Translations under genes and position numbers: made by a program | Shown: piece after piece, positions 37,286 to 49,970 of the stretch | Layout of the letters: every line of letters begins with the position of its first letter | Position numbering within the stretch: position 1 is the stretch's first letter | Notes under the pieces: model-generated | Seen by the model: only the letters and a program-made list of their open reading frames with translations | Databases searched by the model: none | What the model was told of the DNA's origin: nothing | NCBI GenBank assembly: GCA_963701965.1 | Contig: OY969695.1 | Location: 4,992,001-5,056,000, forward strand | Direction: 5' to 3' | Source: an uncultured Gemmatimonadales bacterium | Lineage (GTDB): Bacteria > Gemmatimonadota > Gemmatimonadetes > Gemmatimonadales > Gemmatimonadaceae | Length of the DNA stretch: 64,000 nucleotides

Positions 37286-38019
37286 AGATCGATCTCACCG
37301 GGAAGAGCGCCGTCGTCACTGGCGGCACGCGCGGGATCGGCCGGGCCATCGCCGCATCGCTCGTCGAGGCGGGGGCGCGCGTCGCGGTCGTCGGACGGAC
37401 GGCATCTACCGCCGAGGAGACCGCCGCCGCGCTCGGGCCGCTGGCCCGGGGATTCGCCGGCGACGTCGCCGATCCGGCCTCGGTGACGGCGATGGTCACC
37501 GCGGTTGAAGCGGCGTTCGGCGCCATCGACATCCTGGTCAACAATGCGGGCGTGACCCGCGACAACATTCTCCCGCGCCTCAAGGATGCCGACTGGGATG
37601 AGGTGATCGACACCAATCTCCGCTCGGCGTTCCTCACCACGCGGGCCGCGGCGCGCGGCATGATGAAGCGGCGGTGGGGCCGCGTGATCAACATCGCGAG
37701 CGTCGTCGGTCTCGTCGGCAACAAAGGCCAGTCGAACTACGCCGCGAGCAAGGCCGGCCTGATCGGCCTCACCAAGTCGATCGCCAAAGAGCTGGCCTCG
37801 CGGAACATTCTGGCCAACGTCGTCGCCCCGGGTTTCATCGAAACCGACATGACGAACGCCATGACGCCCGATGCGCGCGAGGCGCTCGTCCGACAGATTC
37901 CACTGGAGCGTTTGGGAACGCCGGCCGACATTGCGGCGCTCGTCACCTTTCTCTCGTCCGATCGCGCCGCCTATGTGACCGGACAGGTGTTTGTTGTAGA
38001 CGGCGGTATGGTGATGTAA
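37282..38019 (+). CDS. fabG: 3-oxoacyl-ACP reductase
   Basis: [32 protein letters not shown]. Confidence 0.96.
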   Translation: MKIDLTGKSAVVTGGTRGIGRAIAASLVEAGARVAVVGRTASTAEETAAALGPLARGFAGDVADPASVTAMVTAVEAAFGAIDILVNNAGVTRDNILPRLKDADWDEVIDTNLRSAFLTTRAAARGMMKRRWGRVINIASVVGLVGNKGQSNYAASKAGLIGLTKSIAKELASRNILANVVAPGFIETDMTNAMTPDAREALVRQIPLERLGTPADIAALVTFLSSDRAAYVTGQVFVVDGGMVM

Positions 38020-38080
38020 TGCGGGGAAAACGTTAGATTTAGGGCTTGGTCAACAACCTTCCGACCTCACCGAGGGGCGC

Positions 38081-38320
38081 ATGTCAGGAAATGAGGAGAA
38101 AGTCAAAGAGATCATCGAAAAGGAGCTCGGCGTCGAGCGCGACAAGCTCACTGACGATGCAAACTTCATTGAGGACCTTGGCGCGGACAGCCTCGACATC
38201 GTCGAGCTGGTCATGGAGTTCGAGAAGGAGTTCAACATCGACATCCCGGATGAGGACGCCGAGAAGCTCAAGACCGTCGGCGACGCAATGAAGTATCTGA
38301 ACTCCAAAGTCGCGGCATGA
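38081..38320 (+). CDS. acpP: Acyl carrier protein
   Basis: [14 protein letters not shown]. Confidence 0.97.
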   Translation: MSGNEEKVKEIIEKELGVERDKLTDDANFIEDLGADSLDIVELVMEFEKEFNIDIPDEDAEKLKTVGDAMKYLNSKVAA

Positions 38321-39579
38321 GTCGCCGCCGGGTCGCTGTCACTGGCCTGGGCTTGCTCTCGCCCGTCGGCAATGACGTGGCGGCGACTTGGCGTGCGCTA
38401 TTGAGCGGCGTGAGCGGCGCCGCGCCGATCACCAAGTTCAATGCATCGGCGTTTCCGGTCCGGTTCGCTGCCGAAGTGAAGGGGTTCGACCCGTTGCTCT
38501 ACATGGATCGCAAGGAAGCGAAGCGATCCGATCTCTATACGCAGTACGCACTGGCCGCGTCGGTGCAGGCGATGCGCGACGCGGGGCTGACGAACGGCGA
38601 CGGCAGGCCGGCGAAGGTCGTGCCGGAACGCATTGGCGTGATCGTCGGCAGTGGTATTGGAGGGCTCAAGAGCTTCGAGGAGCAGCACGACGTCTACCAT
38701 GAGAATGGGCCGTCGCGCATCTCACCGTTCTTCATCCCGATGTTCATCGCGGATATCGCGGCGGGCATCGTCTCCATGCGGTTCAACGCCAAGGGCCCGA
38801 ATTACGCGACGGTGTCGGCGTGCGCCACCGGCGCCCACGCGATCGGCGCCGCCTTTCGCGCGATCCAGTACGGGGACGCGGATGTCATGATCTGCGGAGG
38901 CGCCGAGGCGACCGTGACGCCAATGGCGATCGGCGGCTTCGCCAATATGAAGGCGCTGTCGGAGCGCAACGCGACGCCGGCCACGGCGTCCCGTCCGTTC
39001 GACGCCACCCGCGACGGCTTCGTGATGGGCGAGGGCGCGGGGGTCGTGGTCCTCGAGGAGTGGGAGCACGCGATGGCGCGCGGCGCCACCATTCACGCCG
39101 AGGTGGTCGGGTTCGGCGCGACGGGCGACGCCTACCACCTGACCGCGCCGGCGCCCGGCGGGGAAGGCGCTCAACGGGCCATGCGCACGGCGATGGCCGA
39201 CGCCCGGCTCGAACCGGGCGAGGTGCAGTACATCAATGCCCACGGCACGTCGACGCCCACCGGCGATATCAGCGAGACGACGGCCATCAAATCGGTCTTC
39301 GGGGAAGGCGCCGGCAAGCTCAATGTCAGCTCGACGAAATCGGCCACCGGGCACATGCTGGGAGCCGCGGGCGGCGCCGAATTCATCATCACGGTGCTGG
39401 CTCTGCGCGAGCGCATCGTGCCGCCGACGATCAATTACGAGACGCCGGACGCCGCGTGCGACCTCAACTACACGCCCAATAAACCGGTCGAGCGGGATCT
39501 GACGGCGGCGCTCACGAACAGCTTCGGCTTCGGCGGGCACAACGTCACGCTGGCCGTACGCCGCATCGACGGCCGATGA
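38317..39579 (+). CDS. fabF: Beta-ketoacyl-ACP synthase II
   Basis: [32 protein letters not shown]. Confidence 0.96.
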   Translation: MSRRRVAVTGLGLLSPVGNDVAATWRALLSGVSGAAPITKFNASAFPVRFAAEVKGFDPLLYMDRKEAKRSDLYTQYALAASVQAMRDAGLTNGDGRPAKVVPERIGVIVGSGIGGLKSFEEQHDVYHENGPSRISPFFIPMFIADIAAGIVSMRFNAKGPNYATVSACATGAHAIGAAFRAIQYGDADVMICGGAEATVTPMAIGGFANMKALSERNATPATASRPFDATRDGFVMGEGAGVVVLEEWEHAMARGATIHAEVVGFGATGDAYHLTAPAPGGEGAQRAMRTAMADARLEPGEVQYINAHGTSTPTGDISETTAIKSVFGEGAGKLNVSSTKSATGHMLGAAGGAEFIITVLALRERIVPPTINYETPDAACDLNYTPNKPVERDLTAALTNSFGFGGHNVTLAVRRIDGR

Positions 39580-40706
39580 GCGGCGGGGATGTATCGGCGA
39601 TCGCCGAGAAGATCACGGCGGGCGAGCGGCTGAGCGACGCCGACGCGATCACCCTGTTTCGGACACCGGATATCCTGGCCGTCGGTCGCCTCGCCGATAC
39701 CGTCAATCGCGCCAAGCACGGCGACCGCGTGTTGTTCGCCGCCAATCAGCACATCAATCCGACCAACGTCTGCGTCCTTCGGAAGACCTGCGTCTTTTGC
39801 TCCTTCGCGCGGCTGCCGAAAGAAGAAGGGTCGTACCACTACACGCTGGATGAGGTCTACGCCGAAGCGTCGGCTGCCGCGAACGGTCTGACCCGCGAGT
39901 TTCACATCGTCGGTGGCCTCGACATGAAAGCGGGCCTCGCCTACTACGCGGACATGTTCCGCGGCCTCAAGGCGCGCCACCCGCACGTCCACATCAAGGC
40001 CCTGACCGCGGTCGAGATCGCCCACATCGCCCGCATCGAGAAGATGTCGGTCGAAGCCGTCTTGATCGCGCTGCGCGAGGCGGGCTTGGATACGCTGCCC
40101 GGCGGTGGGGCCGAAGTCTTCAGCCGCGCGGTGCGGGCGACGATCGCCGACCGGAAGCTCGGCGCCGACGAGTGGATCGACGTCCACCGGATCGCGCACC
40201 GGCTCGGCATTCGATCCAACTGCACCATGCTCTACGGCCATGTCGAGACGATCGAGGATCGCGTCGAGCACTTGAGCATGCTGCGGGCACTGCAGGATGA
40301 GACGGGCGGATTCCTGGCGTACATCCCGCTGGCCTACCACCCGGATCACAACGAGTTGGGGGTCACCCTGGGCCGCACGGGGACCGCGACGACGGGGATG
40401 GACGACCTGCGCAATCTGGCGGTCGGCCGGCTGTATCTGGATAACTTCGATCACATCAAGACGCACTGGATCATGGTCACGCCGTTTCTTTCGCAGGCCG
40501 CCCTGGCCTTTGGCGTGAACGACATGGAAGGGACCGTCGTGCGCGAGAAGATCTATCACGAGGCGGGCGCCCACACGGCGCAGGGTCTCTCGCTCGATGA
40601 GATCTTGGCGCTGATCCGCGGTGCGGGGAAGATCCCGGTCGAGCGCGACTCGTTCTATCACATCGTGCGGACGTTCGACACGCCCGCCGCTGTCGCGGCG
40701 GCGTGA
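39576..40706 (+). CDS. mqnE: Aminodeoxyfutalosine synthase (CofH-like radical SAM)
   Basis: NPTNVCVLRKTCVFCSF, EFHIVGG, HIKALTAVEI, PGGGAE, SNCTMLYGHVET, HIKTHW; clustered with mqnA and mqnC. Confidence 0.85.
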   Translation: MSGGDVSAIAEKITAGERLSDADAITLFRTPDILAVGRLADTVNRAKHGDRVLFAANQHINPTNVCVLRKTCVFCSFARLPKEEGSYHYTLDEVYAEASAAANGLTREFHIVGGLDMKAGLAYYADMFRGLKARHPHVHIKALTAVEIAHIARIEKMSVEAVLIALREAGLDTLPGGGAEVFSRAVRATIADRKLGADEWIDVHRIAHRLGIRSNCTMLYGHVETIEDRVEHLSMLRALQDETGGFLAYIPLAYHPDHNELGVTLGRTGTATTGMDDLRNLAVGRLYLDNFDHIKTHWIMVTPFLSQAALAFGVNDMEGTVVREKIYHEAGAHTAQGLSLDEILALIRGAGKIPVERDSFYHIVRTFDTPAAVAAA

Positions 40707-41530
40707 TGCGCATCGGCCGCATCCCCTATGTGAACTGCTACCCCGTGTATGGGGCCGTCGACCGTGGTCTGGTGACGCTCGGCGCCCAGCTCGTCGACGG
40801 CGTGCCGACCGCGTTGAATGCGCTGATGGCGGGCGGGCAGCTCGACATTAGCGTCGTCTCCGCCGTCGAATACGCCCGCGACAGCGCGCGCTACCTGTTG
40901 TTGCCGGATCTCGCCATTTCCTGCGATGGGCCGGTCCGGAGCGTGATGCTGTTCGGCAAGCGACCCGCGCAGGAGTTGGACGGGCGCCGCGTCCTGGTGA
41001 GCCGGTCGTCCATGACCAGCGTGGCCCTCCTGGAGATGCTCTTCCGGCACGTGTGGCACGCCGAGCCGGACTTCGTGCCGGGCGACGCCGAGATAGGCGA
41101 TCTGGCGCGGTTCGACGATGAATCGCACGACGCGCGCCTCGTGATCGGCGACGCGGCGCTGCTCCTCTCGGGGCGCGAGACCGACTATCCGTACTGCTAC
41201 GATCTGGGCGCCGAGTGGAAGCGGTGGACGGGCCTGCCGTTCGTGTTCGCGGTGTGGGTGGCACAGCGGACGACGCCCGTGGAGGACGCCCTGCGCGTGC
41301 ACGCGGGCCTGATCGCGTCCCGGGACTGGGGACTCGCCCACCTCGACACGCTGGCCCACCAGGCGGCCGCGACGACGGGGGTTTCGCTGCCGGTGTGTCA
41401 GGCCTATCTCTCGGGCTTGGACTATCGGCTCTCCTACCCGCATCTCGCCGGACTCACGGACTTCTTCCGGCGTCTGGTGCTGGCGGGGCAGGTGCCGGAC
41501 GGCGGGCTCGCCTTTTTGCCGGCGGATTGA
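40706..41530 (+). CDS. mqnA: Chorismate dehydratase (futalosine pathway)
   Basis: RIGRIPYVNCYP, ISCDGPVRSV, SSMTSVAL, LVIGDAAL, DLGAEWKRWTGLPFVFAVW. Confidence 0.9.
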   Translation: MRIGRIPYVNCYPVYGAVDRGLVTLGAQLVDGVPTALNALMAGGQLDISVVSAVEYARDSARYLLLPDLAISCDGPVRSVMLFGKRPAQELDGRRVLVSRSSMTSVALLEMLFRHVWHAEPDFVPGDAEIGDLARFDDESHDARLVIGDAALLLSGRETDYPYCYDLGAEWKRWTGLPFVFAVWVAQRTTPVEDALRVHAGLIASRDWGLAHLDTLAHQAAATTGVSLPVCQAYLSGLDYRLSYPHLAGLTDFFRRLVLAGQVPDGGLAFLPAD

Positions 41531-42564
41531 TGCGCGACCTTTTGGAGTTCTACGAGCGGGCGCCGCTCATCGAGCTGGGCGCCGAGGCGGACCGCGTCCG
41601 GCGCGAGAAGCACCCCGAGGATGTGGTGACGTTCATCGTCGACCGGAACATCAACTACACCAACGTCTGTGTGGCCGACTGCGGGTTCTGCGCGTTCTAT
41701 CGCCGCCCGCGACATCAGCAGGGCTACACGTTGTCCTTCGAGCAGATCGGCGCCAAGATCAATGAGACGAAAGCGCTGGGCGGCGTCCAGATCCTGATTC
41801 AGGGCGGGCACAACCCGTACATCCCGTTCCAGTGGTATCTGGACCTGCTCCGCTACATCAAGACGTACCACCCGATCCACATTCACGGGTTCAGCCCGAG
41901 CGAGATCGACTTCTTCTCGACGGTGTTCCGCATGGACGCCCGGGATGTCATCCGCGAGCTGCAGAAGGCCGGCCTCGACTCGATCCCGGGCGGCGGCGGC
42001 GAGATTCTCGTGCAGCGCGTGCGGGACATCGTGGCCCGCAAGAAGGCGGGCGCCGACCGGTGGCTCGAGATCATGGAGCTCGCGCATCAGGAAGGGATGA
42101 AGACGACGGTGACCATGATGTACGGTCTGGGCGAGACGAACGCCGAGCGGCTCGAGCATCTCACGCGGGTGCGCGATGTGCAGGCGCGGACCGGCGGGTT
42201 CACGGCGTTCATCTGCTGGCCGCTCCAGCCGGAGAACACGCCGACAATGTCGGCGCAGCCCAAGACGGACGCGGTCACGTACCTCCGCACGGTAGCGCTC
42301 GCGCGCCTGACGCTCGACAACGTGCCCAACCTGCAGGCGAGCTGGGTGACGATGGGCCTCAAGATCGGGCAGCTCTCGCTCCGGTTCGGCTGCAACGACT
42401 TCGGGTCGCTCATGATCGAGGAGAACGTCGTCTCGGCGGCCAACACGACGTATCGCACGACCATCGAGGAGCTGGATCGGTTGATCCGTGACGCCGGGTT
42501 CACGCCTGCGCGGCGGCGGCAGGATTACTCGATCGTGAGCGCGTCGGCGGCACACGCGGCGTGA
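41530..42564 (+). CDS. mqnC: Cyclic dehypoxanthine futalosine synthase
   Basis: DRNINYTNVCVADCGFCAFYR, QGGHNP, SIPGGGGEIL, QASWVT, GSLMIEENVV. Confidence 0.9.
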   Translation: MRDLLEFYERAPLIELGAEADRVRREKHPEDVVTFIVDRNINYTNVCVADCGFCAFYRRPRHQQGYTLSFEQIGAKINETKALGGVQILIQGGHNPYIPFQWYLDLLRYIKTYHPIHIHGFSPSEIDFFSTVFRMDARDVIRELQKAGLDSIPGGGGEILVQRVRDIVARKKAGADRWLEIMELAHQEGMKTTVTMMYGLGETNAERLEHLTRVRDVQARTGGFTAFICWPLQPENTPTMSAQPKTDAVTYLRTVALARLTLDNVPNLQASWVTMGLKIGQLSLRFGCNDFGSLMIEENVVSAANTTYRTTIEELDRLIRDAGFTPARRRQDYSIVSASAAHAA

Positions 42565-43046
42565 AGACGGTGCGAGTCGGCATCGGCTACGACTCGCACC
42601 GGTTCGCCGTTGGCGGCCCGCTGGTGCTGGGCGGCATCCACATCCCCGGGGCCGAGCATCTGCACGGTCACTCTGACGGCGACGCCATCGCCCACGCCGT
42701 CACCAATGCCATCCTCGGCGCCGCGGCCCTCGGGGACATCGGGGAGATGTTCTCCGATCAGGACCCGGCGCATCGGGGCGCCGACTCCATCGCGCTGTTG
42801 CGGGGCGCGGTCGCCCGCCTCGCCGCGTCCGGCTGGATCCCTATGCAGGTCGACGTCACCGTGATCGCCGAGCGCCCCAAGATCGCGCCCCACCGGGATG
42901 CGATGCGCGCCGCGCTGGCCACGGGGCTCGGCGTGTCCGTCGAGGCCGTCAGCATCAAAGGCAAGACCAACGAAGGGATGGGATGGATCGGGCGCGGCGA
43001 AGGGATCGCGTGCATCGCCGTGGCCACAGTGGGACGGGCGTCGTAA
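42561..43046 (+). CDS. ispF: 2-C-methyl-D-erythritol 2,4-cyclodiphosphate synthase
   Basis: GIGYDSH, GHSDGD, LGDIG, KGKTNEGMG, GRGEGIA. Confidence 0.95.
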   Translation: MKTVRVGIGYDSHRFAVGGPLVLGGIHIPGAEHLHGHSDGDAIAHAVTNAILGAAALGDIGEMFSDQDPAHRGADSIALLRGAVARLAASGWIPMQVDVTVIAERPKIAPHRDAMRAALATGLGVSVEAVSIKGKTNEGMGWIGRGEGIACIAVATVGRAS

Positions 43047-43048
43047 AC

Positions 43049-43969
43049 ATGTCTCCGCATGATGTCCCAACGGCCGAGCTCGGCGACTTTGCGATCGACC
43101 GGTTCGTCGAGTTCCTCATGATCGAGCAAGGCGCGTCGCCGCTCACCCACGAGGCCTACGCGCGCGACTTGTCGCGGTTCGCCACGTTCGCCGTCGTACG
43201 CGGGGCCCGCTCCCCGGACGCCGTGACCGCGCGACTGCTCCGCGAGTACGTGTACCACATGAAGGACCTGGGGCTCGCGCCCACGTCCATTCGGCGCAAC
43301 GTGTCGGCGATCCGGACGTACTACAAGTTCTCGATCGCCGACGGCCGCACGACTAAAGACCCGAGCGAGCGGCTGGAGACCCCGCGCGGATGGCGGACGC
43401 TGCCCGGCGTGCTGACCGCTCCCGAGATCGACGCGCTGATCACCGCCGTGGGCCTCGACGAACCCCTCGCCTTTCGCGATCGGGCTCTCCTGGAGCTGGC
43501 CTACGGCGCCGGACTCCGCGTGTCGGAGTGGATCACGATCCAGACCAAGGACGTGATGCTCCCGGACGCGCTGGTCCGGGTGTTCGGCAAGGGTGCCAAA
43601 GAGCGGCTCGTGCCCATCGGCCGGCAGGCCGTGGGCGCCATCGCCACGTACCTGCGCGAGCTGCGCCCGCGCCTGGAGCGGGGGCAGGGCGGCGGCACGC
43701 TCTTCCTGAACGTCCGCGGCGTCCCGCTCACGCGGATGGGCGCCTGGAAGATCCTCCGCAAGTACGTGCGGATGGCGGGCCTCACCAAGCACGTGTCGCC
43801 GCACACGCTGCGGCACTCCTTCGCGACCCACCTTCTGGAGGGCGGGGCCGACCTCCGTGCCGTGCAAGAGATGCTCGGGCACGCTGATATTTCGACGACG
43901 CAGATCTACACGCACGTCGACCGCGAGTACCTGCGGCGTGTCCATCGCGCGTTTCACCCGCGTCCATGA
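43049..43969 (+). CDS. xerD: Tyrosine recombinase XerD
   Basis: RDRALLELAYGAGLRVSE, GKGAKER, SPHTLRHSFATHLLEGGADLRAVQEMLGHADISTTQIYTHV; ends HPR. Confidence 0.92.
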   Translation: MSPHDVPTAELGDFAIDRFVEFLMIEQGASPLTHEAYARDLSRFATFAVVRGARSPDAVTARLLREYVYHMKDLGLAPTSIRRNVSAIRTYYKFSIADGRTTKDPSERLETPRGWRTLPGVLTAPEIDALITAVGLDEPLAFRDRALLELAYGAGLRVSEWITIQTKDVMLPDALVRVFGKGAKERLVPIGRQAVGAIATYLRELRPRLERGQGGGTLFLNVRGVPLTRMGAWKILRKYVRMAGLTKHVSPHTLRHSFATHLLEGGADLRAVQEMLGHADISTTQIYTHVDREYLRRVHRAFHPRP

Positions 43970-44550
43970 TCCGTCCCGTCCTCGTCATCGATAACTACGA
44001 TTCGTTCACGTACAACCTCGTCCAATACCTGGGCGAGTTGGGCGAGCGCCCGGTCGTGCACCGGAACGACGCCATCGCCGTGGCCGACGTGGAGCACATC
44101 GGCCCGCGAGCGATCGTGATCTCTCCCGGCCCCAAGACGCCGGCCGAGGCGGGGATCACCATCCCGTTGATCCAACAATGGGGCGCGCATATCCCGCTGC
44201 TCGGCGTCTGCCTGGGCCATCAGGCGATCGGCGAGGCCTACGGCGGCCGGGTCGTCCGCGCGCGCCACGTGATGCACGGGAAGCGCTCGGCGATCCATCA
44301 CGACGGCACCGGATTGTTCGCCGGCATCGCCAGCCCGCTGGACGTAATGCGGTATCACTCCTTGGTCATCGATCCGGCGTCGCTGCCGTCGACTCTCGAG
44401 GTGATTGCCCGCGCGGTCGACGAGCCGGATGAGATCCACGCCGTCCGACATCGCACCTATCCGGTGTGGGGCGTGCAGTTTCATCCCGAGTCCATCTTGA
44501 CGTCGAGCGGGAAGAGCATTCTCGCCAATTTCCTCAGTCTGGCCGCGTGA
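43966..44550 (+). CDS. Anthranilate/aminodeoxychorismate synthase component II (TrpG/PabA family)
   Basis: IDNYDSFTYNLVQYL, ISPGP, GVCLGHQ, RYHSL, GVQFHPES. Confidence 0.93.
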   Translation: MIRPVLVIDNYDSFTYNLVQYLGELGERPVVHRNDAIAVADVEHIGPRAIVISPGPKTPAEAGITIPLIQQWGAHIPLLGVCLGHQAIGEAYGGRVVRARHVMHGKRSAIHHDGTGLFAGIASPLDVMRYHSLVIDPASLPSTLEVIARAVDEPDEIHAVRHRTYPVWGVQFHPESILTSSGKSILANFLSLAA

Positions 44551-46076
44551 AGGCGCCGCTCGCCTTCGCGGCGCTCATCTTGGCGGCGCCCCTCTGGGCA
44601 CAGGCGCCGGCGCATTGTACGAACGTGCGGCTGACCGACGCCCACGGCGCGATCAGCGGGCCCTTGGTCCGCGCGGTGTTGGCGGCGCCCCACGCGGTCA
44701 AGTGCGATGCCGATACGGGCACCGTGACCTTGCCGAGCCACGCGGTGGTTCCGTCTTCGATTGTCATCGTGGGCCACTCGGCCGCGGTCGAAGACACGGT
44801 GCACGGCGACGTGCTGGTGATCGGCGGCGACCTCTTTCTGCATCCCGGCGCCCACATCGACGGCCACGCCATTGCGATCTGCGGCGGCGTGTACGCCTCG
44901 GCGCTGGCGTCGATCGGCGGGGGGACCGTCCAGGAGACGTGTCAACGATTTCGGCTGACACCCGACGGCACCACGGCGGTCGCCGAGTATTGGCCCGTGC
45001 CGCGCCCCGCTCCCGTGGCGCTGCGGTTTCCGGTGTTCTACGGGTTCCGCATCCCGTCGTATGACCGGAGCGACGGGTTGTCCGTGCACTGGGCACCAGC
45101 CATCGTCGGCGACAGCGCCCACGTTCGCGTCGAACCCGGTGTCACGTATCGCTCCAATCTCGGCGCCTGGGATCCGTCCCTGGTGGCGACGTGGTCGCCG
45201 GCGCCACGGTTGTCGCTCAACGCCACGTGGGAGCGTAGCACGTTCACCAACGACAACTGGAGCCGCCCGCCACTGTTCAACTCAACGGCGACGATCGTCT
45301 CCGGGTCCGACGGCAACAACTATTACCGGTCGGACCGTTTCAGCGTCACCGCCGGTCGCAGTTGGGGAAGCCAGGAGACGAACATCGCGCCCTACCTCTC
45401 GTTTCGCGACGAGTTCGACCGGTCGGTCGGCCCGGATCCGACGACGTCACCGCATTTCGCGTGGAGCCTGATCGATCCACTGGACACGACGGGGATCCGG
45501 CGCCGTAATCCACCGATCGCGCGCGGCCGCATCGTCTCCGGCGTCGGCGGCTTCCGCGCGGGGTGGCAAGGGTCGGGTGGAGTGTCCCTCACCGGGGGTC
45601 TCGCGGTCGAGGTGCCGTTCTCTTCCTCCACGGCTGGGTTCGCCAGCACGAACTGGGTCCAGTCAACGATCGATGCGGACCTTCGAATCCCGACGATCGC
45701 CAACCAGACGTTCGAGCTCATCACGCACGACGTGGCCAGCGCCGGAGGCGCGGCGCCGCCGCAGCGCTACGCCTACGTCGGCGGCGCCGCGACGATCCCG
45801 ACGCTCTTCATGCTGCAGGAGGGCGGGGACGATCTCGTCTGGGCGTCAGGCAACTATCTCATCCCCATCCATTGGTTCACCGTGCCCTTCATCGGCCCGC
45901 CACAGGTCGGCGCCTATTACACGATCGGAAGCGCGGGCATCCGGCACCTGCCGCGGTTCTCTCAGAACTTCGGTCCGCAAGCGATCATCGGCGTATTCCA
46001 GCTCCTGTTCTTGGTCGACCCCGCCACGGGCAAGCACGAGCTGACACTCGGCGCGGTACTTCCCCTGTCGCCGTGA
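44547..46076 (+). CDS. Exported protein with bactofilin-like N-terminal repeats and a probable beta-barrel C-terminal region
   Basis: Signal peptide ending LWAQ; TVHGDVLVIGGDLFLHPGAHIDGHAIAICGGV; C-terminal region rich in alternating beta-strands with Trp/Tyr/Gly. Confidence 0.6.
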   Translation: MKAPLAFAALILAAPLWAQAPAHCTNVRLTDAHGAISGPLVRAVLAAPHAVKCDADTGTVTLPSHAVVPSSIVIVGHSAAVEDTVHGDVLVIGGDLFLHPGAHIDGHAIAICGGVYASALASIGGGTVQETCQRFRLTPDGTTAVAEYWPVPRPAPVALRFPVFYGFRIPSYDRSDGLSVHWAPAIVGDSAHVRVEPGVTYRSNLGAWDPSLVATWSPAPRLSLNATWERSTFTNDNWSRPPLFNSTATIVSGSDGNNYYRSDRFSVTAGRSWGSQETNIAPYLSFRDEFDRSVGPDPTTSPHFAWSLIDPLDTTGIRRRNPPIARGRIVSGVGGFRAGWQGSGGVSLTGGLAVEVPFSSSTAGFASTNWVQSTIDADLRIPTIANQTFELITHDVASAGGAAPPQRYAYVGGAATIPTLFMLQEGGDDLVWASGNYLIPIHWFTVPFIGPPQVGAYYTIGSAGIRHLPRFSQNFGPQAIIGVFQLLFLVDPATGKHELTLGAVLPLSP

Positions 46077-46091
46077 GCCGGATAACTTGCG

Positions 46092-46107
46092 TGGCGTGAA
46101 TTTTGCA
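46092..46107 (+). promoter_or_regulatory. Putative sigma54 (-24/-12) site upstream of kdsB
   Basis: TGGCGTGAATTTTGCA: GG-N10-GC with TTGCA, compared with the consensus TGGCACG-N4-TTGCW. Confidence 0.6.
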
Positions 46108-46127
46108 GCCGCGCGCGCCGGCCGCGC

Positions 46128-46913
46128 ATGAGAACTCTGGCAGTCATACCCGCCCGACTCGCGGCGGTGCGGCTTCCGCGCAAGCCCCTTCGTCTCCTCG
46201 CTGGTTCGCCGCTCATCGTGCGGGTGTGGGCCCGGGTCGCGGAGATGGGCATCGCCGACCGGTGTCTGGTGGCGACCGAGAGCGAGGAAGTGGCCAACGT
46301 CGTCCGCGCGGCCGGGGCCGAGTGCGCGCTCACCAGCCCGTTCCACCTGTCCGGTACGGACCGGGTGGCCGAGGTCGCGACGCGGCCGGAGTTCGCCGGG
46401 TATGACGTCGTCGTGAATGTGCAGGGGGACGAGCCCTTCATGGGAGCCGATGCGATTCGCGGCGCCATCGCCCAGGTGGCGGGCGGCGCCTTCGCCATTG
46501 GGACGGCCGCCGTGCCGGCGCCGCCTGCCATTCTGGAGCGGCCGGAGATCGTGAAAGTGGTGATCGACGACGCCGGCCGGGCCCTGTATTTCTCTCGCGC
46601 GCCCATTCCGTGGCTGCGGGATCGAGACGACGCACCCACGCGCGACAGCCTCGTGCGGCAGCACCTTGGCGTCTACACGTATACGCGCGCGGCGCTGGCC
46701 GCGTGGGTCGGGTTGGCGCCGCATCCGCTGGAGATCAGCGAGCGCCTCGAGCAATTGCGCCCGCTGGCCGCGGGCATGGCGATCGGTGTCGCGGTCGTCC
46801 CGGACGCCCCGCCCGCCGGCGGGATCGACACCGAGGATGATCTGGCGCGCGCGAACGCGTTGTGGCCGGGATTCGAACGAGTGCTCACCCTGCACGACGG
46901 AGGACGGCGATAA
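46128..46913 (+). CDS. kdsB: 3-deoxy-manno-octulosonate cytidylyltransferase
   Basis: VIPARL..RLPRKPL, SGTDRVAE, NVQGDEP, ALYFSRAPIP, ERLEQLR. Confidence 0.95.
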   Translation: MRTLAVIPARLAAVRLPRKPLRLLAGSPLIVRVWARVAEMGIADRCLVATESEEVANVVRAAGAECALTSPFHLSGTDRVAEVATRPEFAGYDVVVNVQGDEPFMGADAIRGAIAQVAGGAFAIGTAAVPAPPAILERPEIVKVVIDDAGRALYFSRAPIPWLRDRDDAPTRDSLVRQHLGVYTYTRAALAAWVGLAPHPLEISERLEQLRPLAAGMAIGVAVVPDAPPAGGIDTEDDLARANALWPGFERVLTLHDGGRR

Positions 46914-49394
<2,481 letters not shown>

Positions 49395-49398
<4 letters not shown>

Positions 49399-49970
49399 CG
49401 CTCGATCGCGCTACGGCGCGTCGGATCAAGGTCGTCGGTCTCGATGTCGATGGGGTCCTGACCGATGGCGGCATTTATCTGGGCGCCGTCGGCGGCTCGG
49501 CGCACGAGTTCAAGCGCTATGACATCCAGGACGGATTCGGCATCTATTGTCTGCGCGAAGCGGGCCTCAAGGTCGTGATCGTGACTGGGCGCGTCTCCGA
49601 AAGCGTCCGGCTGCGCGCCGCCGAGCTCAGGGCCGACGGCGTGGCGCAGGACGACCAGGCCCGCAAGCTCCCGGCGCTGCGCCGCCTGCTGGCGCGCGAC
49701 GGCATCAGTCTCGAGGAGACGGCCTACATCGGGGATGATTTCCCCGACCTCGGCATTCTGCGCGCCGTGGGACTCCCCGTAGCCGTCGGTAACGCCGTGC
49801 CCGAGATCCGGCGCGCCGCCAAGATCAAGCTCACGCGAGCCGGCGGCGCCGGCGCGGTGCGCGAGTTCGCCGAGCTCCTGCTCAAGGCGCGCGGCGTGTG
49901 GACCGAGGTGGTGGAGCGGTACGTCACCGAGAAGTCGGAGGCCGACGTGCCCGAGGCGCTGTTCGGATGA
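49395..49970 (+). CDS. kdsC: KDO8P phosphatase (HAD family)
   Basis: DVDGVLTDG, VTGR, YIGDDFPD, GGAGAVRE. Confidence 0.93.

Noticed and set aside
43049..43969. Tyrosine recombinase as a prophage or island integrase
   Set aside because: It carries XerD-specific motifs and is embedded in a housekeeping operon, with no att sites or mobile cargo adjacent.
46096..46131. 11-codon GTG mini-ORF overlapping the kdsB start
   Set aside because: No SD and no informative composition; the same bases are better explained by the sigma54-like site.
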